A stretch of DNA of 52,259 nt from Bradyrhizobium sp. Its GTDB lineage: Bacteria; Pseudomonadota; Alphaproteobacteria; Rhizobiales; Xanthobacteraceae. The notes beneath the pieces were generated by a model, which ran no database searches, was not told the DNA's origin, and saw only the letters and a list, made by a program, of their open reading frames with translations. Every line of letters starts with the position of its first letter. The first letter of the stretch is position 1. The stretch is from contig JBEBWH010000001.1 in NCBI GenBank assembly GCA_040392305.1, forward strand, positions 1 to 52,259, written 5' to 3'. This document shows positions 9,910 to 19,312 of this stretch, piece by piece. Both the position numbers and the translations under genes were made by a program.

Positions 9910-11028
9910 CTAGCGTTGCTGCAGGGTGCGGCTTGCCTGCGGCGGCAGGAAGGAGCCGTCGAAGATGTCGGCCAGCGCCGGCTTCTTCCGAAGCTTGATG
10001 CCTTCGGAAAGCAGGTCCACCGTGGCGGCGAAGCGTTCCGCGTTGATCCCGCCCAGTCCGTTGCGGCGCACCTCCTCGGTGAGAACATTGTTGTCGAGAA
10101 TGTTCCGAAGGCGCTCCAGCTCGACGTCGTGCGCGCCGCTCGGCATATGGGCGAGCACGTCGTCGACCGCTTTTGCCGGCGAGCGGATGGCGAAGCGCAG
10201 CGCGGCGTTGACCGCGCGCAGAAACCCGCGCACCGCCTCCGGCTTCTCGACGGCGAATTTCGGGCCGACAAGCACCGCAAGTCCGTAGGCGGCGACGCCG
10301 AACTCGTCGTAGCGAAACACCGCAAGATCGGCCGCCGGAATGCCGCGGTCCTTCAGGTTGACCGGCGACAGATAGGCGAGGCCCATCACGGCGTCGATCT
10401 GGCCTGCGGACAGCATCGGCTCGCGCACCGCCGCGCCGATGCGCTGCAGGCCGACCTGATCGCGGGGGACGTTGTTGAGCCGCGCCAGCGCCGGCCAGAA
10501 CGCTGTCGCGGGATCGCCGTCGGCATAGCCGAGGGACTTGCCGTCGAGGTCGTCGAGATCCTGGATGCCGCGGCTTTTTCGCGCCATGATGGCGTATCCG
10601 GCGGCGTTGAGCACGACATAGACCGCCTTTATCTCGGCGGCGTTGGCGCGGTCGCGGTAGCGGATCAGCGCATTGATGTCGGCCAGCGCGACGTCGCCTT
10701 CGCCGGCCGCGAGCCGGGAGATCGCGTCGGAATTGCCATTGGCCGCGCCGTTGCCGGGGATGACATTGACGTTGAGATCCTCGGCCCGGAACAGGTTCTG
10801 TTCGAGCGCGGTAAACACCGGTGTCGAGGCGGCGTCGATCGGCCGGTCGAGCAGCACGCGGACCGTCTCGGCGGCCCAAGACGGCGCGATACCGCCGAAC
10901 ACCAGCGCCAGCGTCGCGATCGTTGCGGCGAGCCGGTGGCGGGATCGACGGGCGGAGGCGGGCTGATGCGCCGTCACGGCGAACTCACTTTTTTGTAACT
11001 GCCGGCGCGAGATCGCGGCCATCGGCAA
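9910..11028 (-). CDS. ABC transporter substrate-binding protein (NMT1/THI5-like, nitrate/sulfonate/taurine class)
   Basis: 372 aa. N-terminal signal sequence (ATIATLALVFGGIAPSWA-AE). Periplasmic binding-protein-like composition. Family assignment rests on general resemblance only. Confidence 0.6.
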   Translation of the reverse strand: MPMAAISRRQLQKSEFAVTAHQPASARRSRHRLAATIATLALVFGGIAPSWAAETVRVLLDRPIDAASTPVFTALEQNLFRAEDLNVNVIPGNGAANGNSDAISRLAAGEGDVALADINALIRYRDRANAAEIKAVYVVLNAAGYAIMARKSRGIQDLDDLDGKSLGYADGDPATAFWPALARLNNVPRDQVGLQRIGAAVREPMLSAGQIDAVMGLAYLSPVNLKDRGIPAADLAVFRYDEFGVAAYGLAVLVGPKFAVEKPEAVRGFLRAVNAALRFAIRSPAKAVDDVLAHMPSGAHDVELERLRNILDNNVLTEEVRRNGLGGINAERFAATVDLLSEGIKLRKKPALADIFDGSFLPPQASRTLQQR

Positions 11029-11184
11029 TACGGCTCTTCAAACCGCGCCTGAATGCAAATGGCAAGCCCCGCGGATGCGGGTAACGCAGTTTGCATCGGA
11101 ACATGGCCGGGAACCGGTGCTGCGGCTGCGGGGTTGTCATTATTGGCAATCAAGGCGATCGAGACCGGGCAGGAGGTTTAGACA

Positions 11185-11598
11185 ATGTCGTCACGGATGG
11201 AATTAGGTTCAGCACGCCGGCTGACCTTTGCGGTCGCGCTGGCCGGGCTCGCGGGCGCGGCGCTGGTGGCGTCCCCTGCTGTGGCGGAGCCGGCGGCGTC
11301 GCGGGCGACGGCTACTGCGCTCGACAGGACGGCGACGCTGACCGATGTCAGCGCGGCCAAGCGCAAGAAGACGCGGCGTTCCGCGCGGCGGCACGGGTCC
11401 TCGGCCGCCGGCATGGCGTTCATGGGCATGGCGATGGGCATGATCGGCAGCGCCATCGCCGAGTCGCAGCGGCGCGACTACTACGACCGCTATTACGGCT
11501 ACCGGCCGCACTATTATGACGGCGGCGGCTATTACGGCCGGCCCTTTGGCTATCGCGGCTATTATGGGCGGCCGGGCTACGGCTATTACGGCTACTGA
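11185..11598 (+). CDS. secreted/membrane-anchored hypothetical protein with Tyr/Gly/Arg-rich C-terminal tail
   Basis: 137 aa. GGAGG 7 nt upstream of the ATG. Signal peptide ending PAVA-EP. Hydrophobic Met/Gly segment. C-terminus YYDRYYGYRPHYYDGGGYYGRPFGYRGYYGRPGYGYYGY. Confidence 0.55.
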   Translation: MSSRMELGSARRLTFAVALAGLAGAALVASPAVAEPAASRATATALDRTATLTDVSAAKRKKTRRSARRHGSSAAGMAFMGMAMGMIGSAIAESQRRDYYDRYYGYRPHYYDGGGYYGRPFGYRGYYGRPGYGYYGY

Positions 11599-11677
11599 GG
11601 CGGCCGCGCGGAGAGTCAGCCGCCCGCGGAGGCGATATTAACGCGCTGGCCATGAATTTCGGCTAGCGTGATGTGTT

Positions 11678-12076
11678 ATGCGGGAGTCGCTCGATCGACT
11701 GTATGAAGCGGTGGAGGCAGCCAGGGATCGTGACCCGGCCGCGTCGCGCACGGCGCGCCTGCTGCAGCAGGGACCGGGCAAGGCCGCCAAGAAGATGGCG
11801 GAAGAGGCCATCGAGGTGGTGATCGACGCCGTCGCCGCCGACACCGCGGGCGTCGTCCGCGAGAGTGCCGACCTGCTCTACAATCTCACCGTGCTGTGGG
11901 CCGCACTCGGCGTCCGCCCCCAGGACGTGTGGGACGAAATGAAGCGGCGTGAAAATCTCCTTGGAATCGCCGAAAAGATGCCAAAAGCGGGCGCCAGAGC
12001 GGCCAAGCGCGAAGGCGACGGCGCCGGGCGGCGGATTGTCGCTCTGGACAGCGCCCGCTTGCGCAAGCATAGCTAG
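11678..12076 (+). CDS. hisE: phosphoribosyl-ATP pyrophosphatase
   Basis: HisE-like 'TARLLQQGPGKAAKKMAEEAIEVVIDA' and 'ESADLLYNLTVLWAALGVRPQDVWDEM'. Carries a basic C-terminal extension of about 25 aa. Confidence 0.85.
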   Translation: MRESLDRLYEAVEAARDRDPAASRTARLLQQGPGKAAKKMAEEAIEVVIDAVAADTAGVVRESADLLYNLTVLWAALGVRPQDVWDEMKRRENLLGIAEKMPKAGARAAKREGDGAGRRIVALDSARLRKHS

Positions 12077-12128
12077 CCCGCCGGCGCCCTTCCTGCCGCT
12101 CCCCAGGACACATCACCCCCGACCGCAG

Positions 12129-12710
12129 ATGTTGAGACGTATTTACGACTGGTGCATCGCCGCCGCCGACAAACCGTATGCGTTGTGGATGATGGCCATG
12201 GTGTCGTTTGCGGAAAGCTCGTTCTTTCCGGTCCCGCCCGACGTCATGCTGATCCCGATGTCGCTGGCCCGGCCCAACAAGGCCTGGTTCTATGCGCTGC
12301 TCTGCACCGTCACCTCGGTCGCCGGCGGCGTGGCCGGCTATGCGATCGGCGCGCTGCTGTATGATTCCGTCGGCCACTGGCTGATTTCGCTCTACGGCTA
12401 CGGCGACAAGGTCGAGGCGTTCCGTGCGTCCTATGCGCAATACGGGGCGTGGATCATCCTGCTCAAGGGCCTGACGCCGATCCCCTACAAGATCGTGACC
12501 ATCACCTCCGGTTTCGCCGGTTACGACGTCTGGCTGTTCATCCTGTTTTCCTTCATCGCGCGCGGCGGGCGCTTCTTCGTCGTGGCGATCCTGCTCAACC
12601 GCTACGGCGCGGTCATTCGCGAGCAGCTCGAAAAGCGGCTCGGGATGTGGGTGGCGATCGGGGCAGTCCTGCTGATCGCCGGGTTCGTGATTGTCTACGG
12701 CCTGTTCTAG
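12129..12710 (+). CDS. YqaA/DedA-type membrane protein
   Basis: Start set at ATG 12129 (MLRRIYDW...). 'SFAESSFFPVPPDVMLIPM' is the hallmark of the YqaA family. 4-5 TM segments. Confidence 0.8.
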   Translation: MLRRIYDWCIAAADKPYALWMMAMVSFAESSFFPVPPDVMLIPMSLARPNKAWFYALLCTVTSVAGGVAGYAIGALLYDSVGHWLISLYGYGDKVEAFRASYAQYGAWIILLKGLTPIPYKIVTITSGFAGYDVWLFILFSFIARGGRFFVVAILLNRYGAVIREQLEKRLGMWVAIGAVLLIAGFVIVYGLF

Positions 12711-12756
12711 GCTGACGGGTCTTTCCCCGCCGTTGCGGGGGCGATACGCTGGACCC

Positions 12757-13335
12757 ATGGTTCGCGGCCTTTTCGACATCGCATCCGGCGGCAGGCTGCC
12801 GCTGAGGCTCGGCGCAATCCTGCTTGCGCCGCTGTTGCTGTTTGGCGCGCCGCGCATGGTGGCCGGACAGGCGCCCGTTCCGGGCGCGGGAAGCCCCGCC
12901 GCCGCGCCGCCCGCCGCCTCGCCCACAGTCCCTCCGCCTGTCGCCGCGCCCGCGCCGCAGGGCCGGACCGGATTGATCGGTGAACTGAACAAGCTGTTCG
13001 AGACCTCGAACCCGCTGCCGCCGCTCAAATCGCCGGCCGAAGTGATCGAGGAGTGGAACGCCAAGGCGCGCGACGCAGGCGAGGATTTCAACAACCGGCT
13101 CGGCAAGTCGCTGGTCGTGACCGGTCGCGTCATCTGCCCGGTCTCCGCCAATGGCGCGCCGGACTGCGAGCCGGCCGCCGGCCAGCTCTGTCGCGACAAG
13201 GGCTTCAAGGGCGGCAGGGGCCTCGACATCGACAGCGCCCGTGTGTGCTCGCCGCAGGCGGTGCTGTCAGGCCGCACCAGCGAGCCGAACGCCTGCCGCA
13301 TGGAGAACTACGTGACCCGTGCGCTGTGCCAGTGA
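12757..13335 (+). CDS. secreted hypothetical protein (Pro/Ala-rich linker, Cys-containing C-terminal domain)
   Basis: ATG 12757 followed by a signal-like LPLRLGAILLAPLLLFGAP. Six Cys in the last ~80 aa. No family recognised. Confidence 0.5.
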   Translation: MVRGLFDIASGGRLPLRLGAILLAPLLLFGAPRMVAGQAPVPGAGSPAAAPPAASPTVPPPVAAPAPQGRTGLIGELNKLFETSNPLPPLKSPAEVIEEWNAKARDAGEDFNNRLGKSLVVTGRVICPVSANGAPDCEPAAGQLCRDKGFKGGRGLDIDSARVCSPQAVLSGRTSEPNACRMENYVTRALCQ

Positions 13336-13436
13336 TCTCCGCCGTCCCGATTGCCTGCCACGGCCTGCGTCTGGCATCGTCCGCGCTGCGCCTGCCGATC
13401 GTCAATTCCATCATAAACAATAAAGGATCCGCCTGA

Positions 13437-14405
13437 ATGTCGATGCCGGCCCTGTTCAAGAACCGCCTGACGCTCCCGGTGATCGGTGCGCCGCTGTTCA
13501 TCATTTCGGTGCCCGATCTCGTAATCGCGCAATGCAAGGCCGGTATCGTCGGGGCCTTCCCCGCGCTCAACGCGCGGCCCGCCGCGCTGCTCGACGAATG
13601 GCTGGCGCGCATCAAGGAAGAACTCGCCGCCTACGACAAGGCGCATCCGGAGCGGCCGTCGGCGCCGTTTGCGGTCAACCAGATCGTGCATCGCTCCAAC
13701 AACCGCCTCGAACAGGATCTGGCGCTGTGCGAGAAGTACAAGGTGCCGATGTTGATCACCTCGCTCGGCGCGCGCGAGGAGGTCAACCAGGCGGCGCATG
13801 GCTGGGGCGGCATCGTATTTCACGACGTCATCAACCAGAAATTCGCGCACAAGGCGGTGGAGAAGGGCGCCGACGGCCTGATCCTCGTCGCCGCCGGGGC
13901 CGGCGGCCATGCCGGCACCATCTCGCCGTTCCCGTTCGTGGCGGAGACGCGGGCCTGGTTCGACGGACCGATCGCGCTGTCCGGCGCTATCGCCACCGGG
14001 CGCGCCATTCGTGCCGCGCGCGTCCTCGGCGCGGACTTCGCCTATATCGGCTCCGCCTTCATCGCCACCAGGGAGGCGAACGCGGTCGACCGCTACAAGG
14101 AGATGATCGCCTCGGCGTCGGCTGAAGACATCGTCTACTCCAACCTGTTTACCGGCGTGCACGGCAATTATCTCAAGCCGTCGATCGCGGCCGCGGGGAT
14201 GGACCCGGACAATCTGCCGGAATCCGATCCGAGCACGATGAATTTCGGCACCGACGCCAGCGGCGAACGGCAGCGGCCGAAGGCGTGGAAGGAAATCTGG
14301 GGCAGCGGGCAGGGCGTCGGCAGCGTCGACGGCATCGTGCCGGCGGCCGAACTGATCGCGCGCCTCAGGGCCGAATATCTCGCGGCCGAAGACCAGCCGC
14401 TGTGA
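13437..14405 (+). CDS. nitronate monooxygenase (2-nitropropane dioxygenase-like, FMN)
   Basis: 322 aa. N-terminus 'LPVIGAPLFIISVPDLVIAQCKAGIVGAFP' and 'GADGLILVAAGAGGHAG' match the NMO family pattern. Confidence 0.85.
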   Translation: MSMPALFKNRLTLPVIGAPLFIISVPDLVIAQCKAGIVGAFPALNARPAALLDEWLARIKEELAAYDKAHPERPSAPFAVNQIVHRSNNRLEQDLALCEKYKVPMLITSLGAREEVNQAAHGWGGIVFHDVINQKFAHKAVEKGADGLILVAAGAGGHAGTISPFPFVAETRAWFDGPIALSGAIATGRAIRAARVLGADFAYIGSAFIATREANAVDRYKEMIASASAEDIVYSNLFTGVHGNYLKPSIAAAGMDPDNLPESDPSTMNFGTDASGERQRPKAWKEIWGSGQGVGSVDGIVPAAELIARLRAEYLAAEDQPL

Positions 14406-14416
14406 CGGTTCGGCCG

Positions 14417-15211
14417 ATGAGCGAAGATCAGGACGCCGGCCTCGACGGCTGCGTTTTTCGCGTCGAGGGCGATCGCGTCACCACCAGCCCTCACGCCGCC
14501 GGACCGTGGGACGCCACCATGCAGCATGGCGGCGCGCCGGCCGCGCTCGTGACATGGGTGGCCGAACAGATGCCCGCGCCCGTGCCGATGCGGGTGGCGC
14601 GGCTGACGCTGAACCTGATGCGGCCGGTGCCGGTCGCCCCGCTCACGATCGAGCGCGAGGTGTTGCGGCAGGGCCGCAAGATTCAGCTCTGCGCCGTGCG
14701 GCTGCTGGCGGACGGCAAGGAGGTGGTGCGCGCCAGCGTTCTCAAGGTCCGGCACGAGGCGCAGGCCTTGCCCGACGACGTGGTCGAGACGCCGCTCGAT
14801 ATTCCGTTGCCGGAGCACTGCAACACGCTCGACGCCGCGGTGATGAATCCCTTCACCTCCGGCCTGTCGTTGCGCAGCGCGCGCGGCAGCCTCATCGAGC
14901 CGCGCGGCGCACCGGTCTGGTTTCGCATCGAACGGGACATCATCGCGGGCGCGGTGGTGTCGCAGGCGATGCGCGCCGCTGTGGCGGCCGACTTCTGCAA
15001 CACCTCCTCGCCGCTCGATTTTTATGCGTGGCGCTTTCTCAATGCCGATCTCACGGTCAGCCTCGCGCGCGAGCCGGTCGGCGACTGGATCTTGCTCAAC
15101 GCCGAAACCTGGATCGGGCCTGACGGCGCGGGGATCGCGGCCGGGCGGCTCGGCGATCGCCTGGGCTATTTCGGCCGCGCGGTGCAAAGCCTTGTGATCG
15201 AGAAACGCTGA
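14417..15211 (+). CDS. acyl-CoA thioesterase-like (double hot-dog) protein
   Basis: ATG 14417. 'GPWDATMQHGGAPAALV' and the second half resemble TesB-like/4HBT_3 thioesterases. Confidence 0.6.
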   Translation: MSEDQDAGLDGCVFRVEGDRVTTSPHAAGPWDATMQHGGAPAALVTWVAEQMPAPVPMRVARLTLNLMRPVPVAPLTIEREVLRQGRKIQLCAVRLLADGKEVVRASVLKVRHEAQALPDDVVETPLDIPLPEHCNTLDAAVMNPFTSGLSLRSARGSLIEPRGAPVWFRIERDIIAGAVVSQAMRAAVAADFCNTSSPLDFYAWRFLNADLTVSLAREPVGDWILLNAETWIGPDGAGIAAGRLGDRLGYFGRAVQSLVIEKR

Positions 15212-15297
15212 AACCGCCCTGATCCGGTCACAAAGGGTTAACCAATTCATCACACAACAGGGTGACTGATTGGTGAACCGATTTGGAGGCCTCGATC

Positions 15298-16059
15298 ATG
15301 AGCGAACACACTTCTGGTCCGTCTGCCGAGGGCGACAGCAAGGCTGGCGCGCCGCGCGAGCCGACCGAGATCGTGGTGTTCCGCAACGCCGCGCAGGGCG
15401 ACGCTTCGGACGATTGGCGCGCCTCGCATCATGACTTCGCCGCCGCACCCGCCGCCCCCGCGGCGCGGAGCGGTTGGGGCAGCCGGATCGTCGCGCTGGT
15501 TGCGGTGGCGGCGCTGGTCGGCGCGGTCGGCGGCTCGCTGGCGGCGACGGGGCTTGGCCATGTCATCGGCAAGGAGGCTCCGGCCGCGGCGGCGGTCGCG
15601 TCAGCCGATGAACTGAAATCGGCGCGCGAGGCCATCACCCGGCTGGAATCCCAGGTGGCGGCGCTGAAGGCTGACGCGGACAAGACCTCCAAGACGCGTA
15701 GCGCGCAGATTGGCAAGCTCGGCGAGCGCCTCGACAAGGCCGAGAAGGCGCATGACGATACGGCGGGCCGGCTCGCCAAACTCGCCGAGGCGCAGGACAA
15801 GGATCGCAAGGCGGCGGCCGACGTGACCGGCTCGGTGCCGAGGGCGGCCGCCAAGGCATCGAGTGGCCCGCAAGTCGTCGAGGGCTGGCGGCTCAACCGT
15901 ATCGTGCGCGGCGGCGCGGAAGTGGAATTCGACGGCGTGCGCTATGCGGTCTATCCGGGCGACCCGCTGCCGGGCGTCGGCACCGTTTCGGGCCTGAAGC
16001 GGATCGAGGACGGCCGCTGGGCGCTCGTGACCTCCAAGGGCCTGATCATCGGGCGGTAG
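15298..16059 (+). CDS. single-pass membrane protein with coiled-coil segment (hypothetical)
   Basis: ATG 15298 with GGAGG upstream. One TM segment (IVALVAVAALVGAVGGSLAA). Heptad-like Ala/Lys/Glu segment. Conserved-looking C-terminal beta-rich end. Confidence 0.5.
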   Translation: MSEHTSGPSAEGDSKAGAPREPTEIVVFRNAAQGDASDDWRASHHDFAAAPAAPAARSGWGSRIVALVAVAALVGAVGGSLAATGLGHVIGKEAPAAAAVASADELKSAREAITRLESQVAALKADADKTSKTRSAQIGKLGERLDKAEKAHDDTAGRLAKLAEAQDKDRKAAADVTGSVPRAAAKASSGPQVVEGWRLNRIVRGGAEVEFDGVRYAVYPGDPLPGVGTVSGLKRIEDGRWALVTSKGLIIGR

Positions 16060-16103
16060 GCTCACGAGTGGTCACAGCCCGGCCGAACCATAATTGTTTC
16101 GTC

Positions 16104-16126
16104 ATGGCCGGGCTTGACCCGGCCAT
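16104..16126. repeat. REP-like perfect hairpin ATGGCCGGG-cttga-CCCGGCCAT
   Basis: 9-bp perfect stem between convergent genes. The motif resembles palindromic intergenic repeats common in high-GC alphaproteobacteria. Confidence 0.5.
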
Positions 16127-16156
16127 CCATCGTGCCTGCTTCATAAGGAAAGATGG

Positions 16157-16179
16157 ATGCGCGGATCAGGTCCGCGCAT
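16157..16179. repeat. second intergenic hairpin ATGCGCGG-atcaggt-CCGCGCAT
   Basis: 8-bp perfect stem about 20 nt after the lysA stop (minus strand). Likely a transcription stop/stability element. No U-tract. Confidence 0.45.
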
Positions 16180-16197
16180 GACGACTGGAGGCACCCC

Positions 16198-17460
16198 TCA
16201 CAGCCACGGCGCGATGCGGTCCATCGCGATCAGCTGTTCGACCTCCACGCGCGGACGCACCACGGCGCAGTCCGCGCCGTTGACCAGCACTTCGGGCACC
16301 AGCGGGCGCGTGTTGTACGTGCCCGCCTGCACCGCGCCATAGGCGCCGGCCGTCATGATCGCGATCAGGTCGCCGGACTTCGGCTCGTCCATCGTGCGAT
16401 CGAGCGCGAGATAGTCGCCGGTCTCGCACACCGGGCCGACCACATCGGCGACGAAGCCGCGCGCGGAGGCGGATTCGCGCACCGGCAGGATGTCGTGATG
16501 CGCCTCGTAGAGCGTGGGGCGGATCAGGTCGTTCATCGCGGCGTCGATCACCACGAAGTTCTTGGCCTCGCCGTGCTTCACATGGATAACGCGCGAAACA
16601 AGGATGCCTGCATTGCCGACGATCATCCGGCCGGGCTCGAACAGCAGCCGGCAGTCGAGCCCCTTCACGGCGTTCTTGACGATCTCGGCATAGGCGACCG
16701 GCTCCGGCGGCGCGCTGCGGTCGGCGTGATAGGGGATGCCGAGGCCGCCGCCGAAATCGATGTGATCGATGGCGTGACCGTCGGCGCGCAGCTCGCGCAC
16801 GAAGGCGGCCAATAGCGCGAAGGCGTCCGCCATCGGCGCAAGATCGGTGATCTGGCTGCCGATATGCATATCGACGCCGGTGACGTCGAGGCCGGGAAGC
16901 GTCGACGCGCGGGCATAGACCTCGCGGGCGCGGGAGATCGGAATGCCGAACTTGTTCTCCGACTTGCCGGTGGCGATTTTGGCGTGGGTCTTGGCGTCGA
17001 CATCCGGATTGACGCGCACCGAGATGCGGGCGCGGCGGCCGGCCCCCGAGGCGAGCCGCGACAGCGTTTCAAGCTCGGGCTCGGATTCGACGTTGATGCA
17101 GAGAATGTTTTCAGCCAACGCAAGGCGGAGTTCGTCCTCGGTCTTGCCGACGCCGGAAAACACGATCTTCGCGGCCGGAATGCCGGCGGCGCGCGCCCGC
17201 CTCAGCTCACCGCCGGAGACGACATCCGCGCCCGCGCCGAGCCGCGCCAGCGTGCGCAGCACCGACTGGTTGGAATTGGCCTTCATCGCGTAGCAGACCA
17301 GCGAATCGACGTCGGCGAAGGCCTCGCTGAACACCCGATAGTGCCGCTCCAGCGTGGCGGTGGAGTAGCAGTAGAACGGCGTGCCGACCGCCTCCGCGAT
17401 GGAGGGCAGGCTGACGCCTTCGGCGTGGAGCACGCCGTCGCGATAGGCAAAGTGATGCAT
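16198..17460 (-). CDS. lysA: diaminopimelate decarboxylase
   Basis: 420 aa. PLP-lysine context YAMKANSN, GGGLGIPY, and CETGD near the C-terminus. Sits in the argH-lipoprotein-lysA arrangement. Confidence 0.92.
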   Translation of the reverse strand: MHHFAYRDGVLHAEGVSLPSIAEAVGTPFYCYSTATLERHYRVFSEAFADVDSLVCYAMKANSNQSVLRTLARLGAGADVVSGGELRRARAAGIPAAKIVFSGVGKTEDELRLALAENILCINVESEPELETLSRLASGAGRRARISVRVNPDVDAKTHAKIATGKSENKFGIPISRAREVYARASTLPGLDVTGVDMHIGSQITDLAPMADAFALLAAFVRELRADGHAIDHIDFGGGLGIPYHADRSAPPEPVAYAEIVKNAVKGLDCRLLFEPGRMIVGNAGILVSRVIHVKHGEAKNFVVIDAAMNDLIRPTLYEAHHDILPVRESASARGFVADVVGPVCETGDYLALDRTMDEPKSGDLIAIMTAGAYGAVQAGTYNTRPLVPEVLVNGADCAVVRPRVEVEQLIAMDRIAPWL

Positions 17461-17481
17461 GACGGTTCTGGTCCGGCCGGT

Positions 17482-17760
17482 TTAGTCGAGCAGGGGGTCG
17501 AGAACGAATCCTCGCTTACGCCCTTTCGCCGCCGTCGGAAGCTCGGGATCGGTGGCGGCGGGGTTGAACAGGCTGCGCCCTTTCTCCTCGGCCGAATTGC
17601 CAGTGGCCGGCGCCTGCGCCGTCTGGGCGTCGGGCTCGGCACCGGCGCTCGGCGGCAGGTCGAGGCCGCCCTTGCGGCCGCAACCGGCAAGCGCCAGCGC
17701 GGTGACGATCAGCGCGGCGAGGGTGAGGACAGGGCGGGTGGAGCGAAGGGTCTTGGTCAC
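17482..17760 (-). CDS. small lipoprotein (LptM/YifL-like)
   Basis: GTG 17760 preceded by AAGGAA. Lipobox LALAGC followed by GRKGGLDLP, as in small lipoproteins found next to lysA/dapF. Confidence 0.6.
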   Translation of the reverse strand: MTKTLRSTRPVLTLAALIVTALALAGCGRKGGLDLPPSAGAEPDAQTAQAPATGNSAEEKGRSLFNPAATDPELPTAAKGRKRGFVLDPLLD

Positions 17761-17837
17761 GGTCGTTCCTTGAGTTCGCGCCACCCTAGCGAAGCCGCCG
17801 GAATTTGGCGAGCCCCGCGGATGGTCGCAGCGCAGAC

Positions 17838-19235
17838 TCATTGACGCTGTTGCTCTTTTTCAAGCCGCTTGAGCCAGCCCCGCGCCTGCGCGCGCACATT
17901 TTTGCCGGCGGTTCCGCCGTAGCTGACGCGGCTTTTGACCGACGCTTCCACCGAAAGCACGTTGAACACATCCTCGGTGATGCGCGGTTCCACCGCCTGC
18001 ATGGCGGCGAGCGGCAGCTTGTGGAGCGCGACGCCCTGTCCGGCGGCCTCGGCGACGATGCGGCCGGTGACGTGATGGGCCTCGCGGAACGGCATTTTCA
18101 GCGTCCGAACCAGCCAGTCGGCGAGGTCGGTCGCGGTCGAATAGCCGTCGCCCGCGGTCGCCTTCATCCGCTTCTTGTCGGGGATCAGATCGCGCACCAT
18201 CCCGGTCATCGCCCGGACCGCCAGCGACAGCGCGGCAAAGGCGGCCATGGCGCCTTCCTTGTCCTCCTGCATGTCCTTCTGATAGGCGAGCGGCAGCCCC
18301 TTCATCACGATCAGCAGCGCGTTGAGCGAGCCGATGATGCGTCCGGTCTTGGCGCGCACCAGTTCGGCGGCGTCCGGGTTGCGCTTCTGCGGCATGATCG
18401 AGGAGCCGGTGGTGAACTTGTCCGACAGCCGCACCAGCCCAACCAGCGGCGAGGTCCAGATCACGATCTCTTCGGCGAAGCGCGACAGGTGCACCGAGGC
18501 GATGGCGGCCGCCGCCAGCGTTTCGAGCACGAAGTCGCGATCCGACACCGCATCGAGCGAATTGGCCATCGGGCGAGCGAAGCCGAGCGCCTTGGCGGTC
18601 GCCTCGCGGTCGATCGGGAACGAGGTGCCGGCCAGCGCCGCAGCACCCAGCGGGCTTTCGTTGAGGCGCTTGCGGGCATCGGCCAGCCGGCCGCGGTCGC
18701 GCGCCGCCATTTCGACATAGGCCATCAGGTGATGGCCGAACGTCACCGGCTGCGCCGTCTGCAGATGGGTGAAGCCGGGCATCACCGTGTCGGCATGTTC
18801 CAGCGCGCGTTCGGCCAGCGCCTGCTGGAAATCGGCGAAGGCGAGATCGAGCGAATCGAGCGTATCGCGTACATAGAGGCGAAAATCGGTTGCAACCTGA
18901 TCGTTGCGCGAGCGCGCGGTGTGCAGCCGCCCCGCGGCGGGGCCGATCAGCTCGGCCAGACGGCTTTCGACATTCATATGGATGTCTTCGAGCGCGCGCT
19001 TGAAGGTGAATTTGCCGTCGGCGATTTCTGACAGAATCGTGTCTAGACCCTGCGCGATGTTTTTTGCATCGTCCGGCGCGATGATGCCCTGAGCGGCCAG
19101 CATTGCGGCGTGCGCCTTCGAGGCGGCGATATCCTGCGCGTAAAGGTGACGATCGACGTCGATCGAGACGTTGATGTCCTCCATGATCGCGGCGGGGCTG
19201 TCCGTGAATCGCCCGCCCCACATTGTGTTGCTCAT
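17838..19235 (-). CDS. argH: argininosuccinate lyase
   Basis: 465 aa. MWGGRF N-terminus. Fumarate-lyase signature [12 protein letters not shown]. Confidence 0.95.
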   Translation of the reverse strand: MSNTMWGGRFTDSPAAIMEDINVSIDVDRHLYAQDIAASKAHAAMLAAQGIIAPDDAKNIAQGLDTILSEIADGKFTFKRALEDIHMNVESRLAELIGPAAGRLHTARSRNDQVATDFRLYVRDTLDSLDLAFADFQQALAERALEHADTVMPGFTHLQTAQPVTFGHHLMAYVEMAARDRGRLADARKRLNESPLGAAALAGTSFPIDREATAKALGFARPMANSLDAVSDRDFVLETLAAAAIASVHLSRFAEEIVIWTSPLVGLVRLSDKFTTGSSIMPQKRNPDAAELVRAKTGRIIGSLNALLIVMKGLPLAYQKDMQEDKEGAMAAFAALSLAVRAMTGMVRDLIPDKKRMKATAGDGYSTATDLADWLVRTLKMPFREAHHVTGRIVAEAAGQGVALHKLPLAAMQAVEPRITEDVFNVLSVEASVKSRVSYGGTAGKNVRAQARGWLKRLEKEQQRQ

Positions 19236-19312
19236 GTCCGCTCGCTTAAACCTTCATTCCGGTGGCGGCCCCTGCCGGAGCCATCCTTTCGTATGGAGCC
19301 TCGTCCGAGATC

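Noticed and set aside
11053-11096. ATGCAAA-N30-TTTGCAT inverted repeat with an inner CCCGC/GCGGG stem, upstream of the binding-protein gene (a possible riboswitch or operator)
   Set aside because: It has no resemblance to TPP or other riboswitch cores that I can recognise. The 7-bp arms are short, and their significance cannot be judged without genome-wide counts.
17860-19221. 453-aa ORF in an alternative minus-strand frame inside argH, plus the plus-strand ORF 17805..19031
   Set aside because: argH in its own frame has the fumarate-lyase signature and a canonical N-terminus. The alternative frames are Arg/Gly-rich with no motifs.
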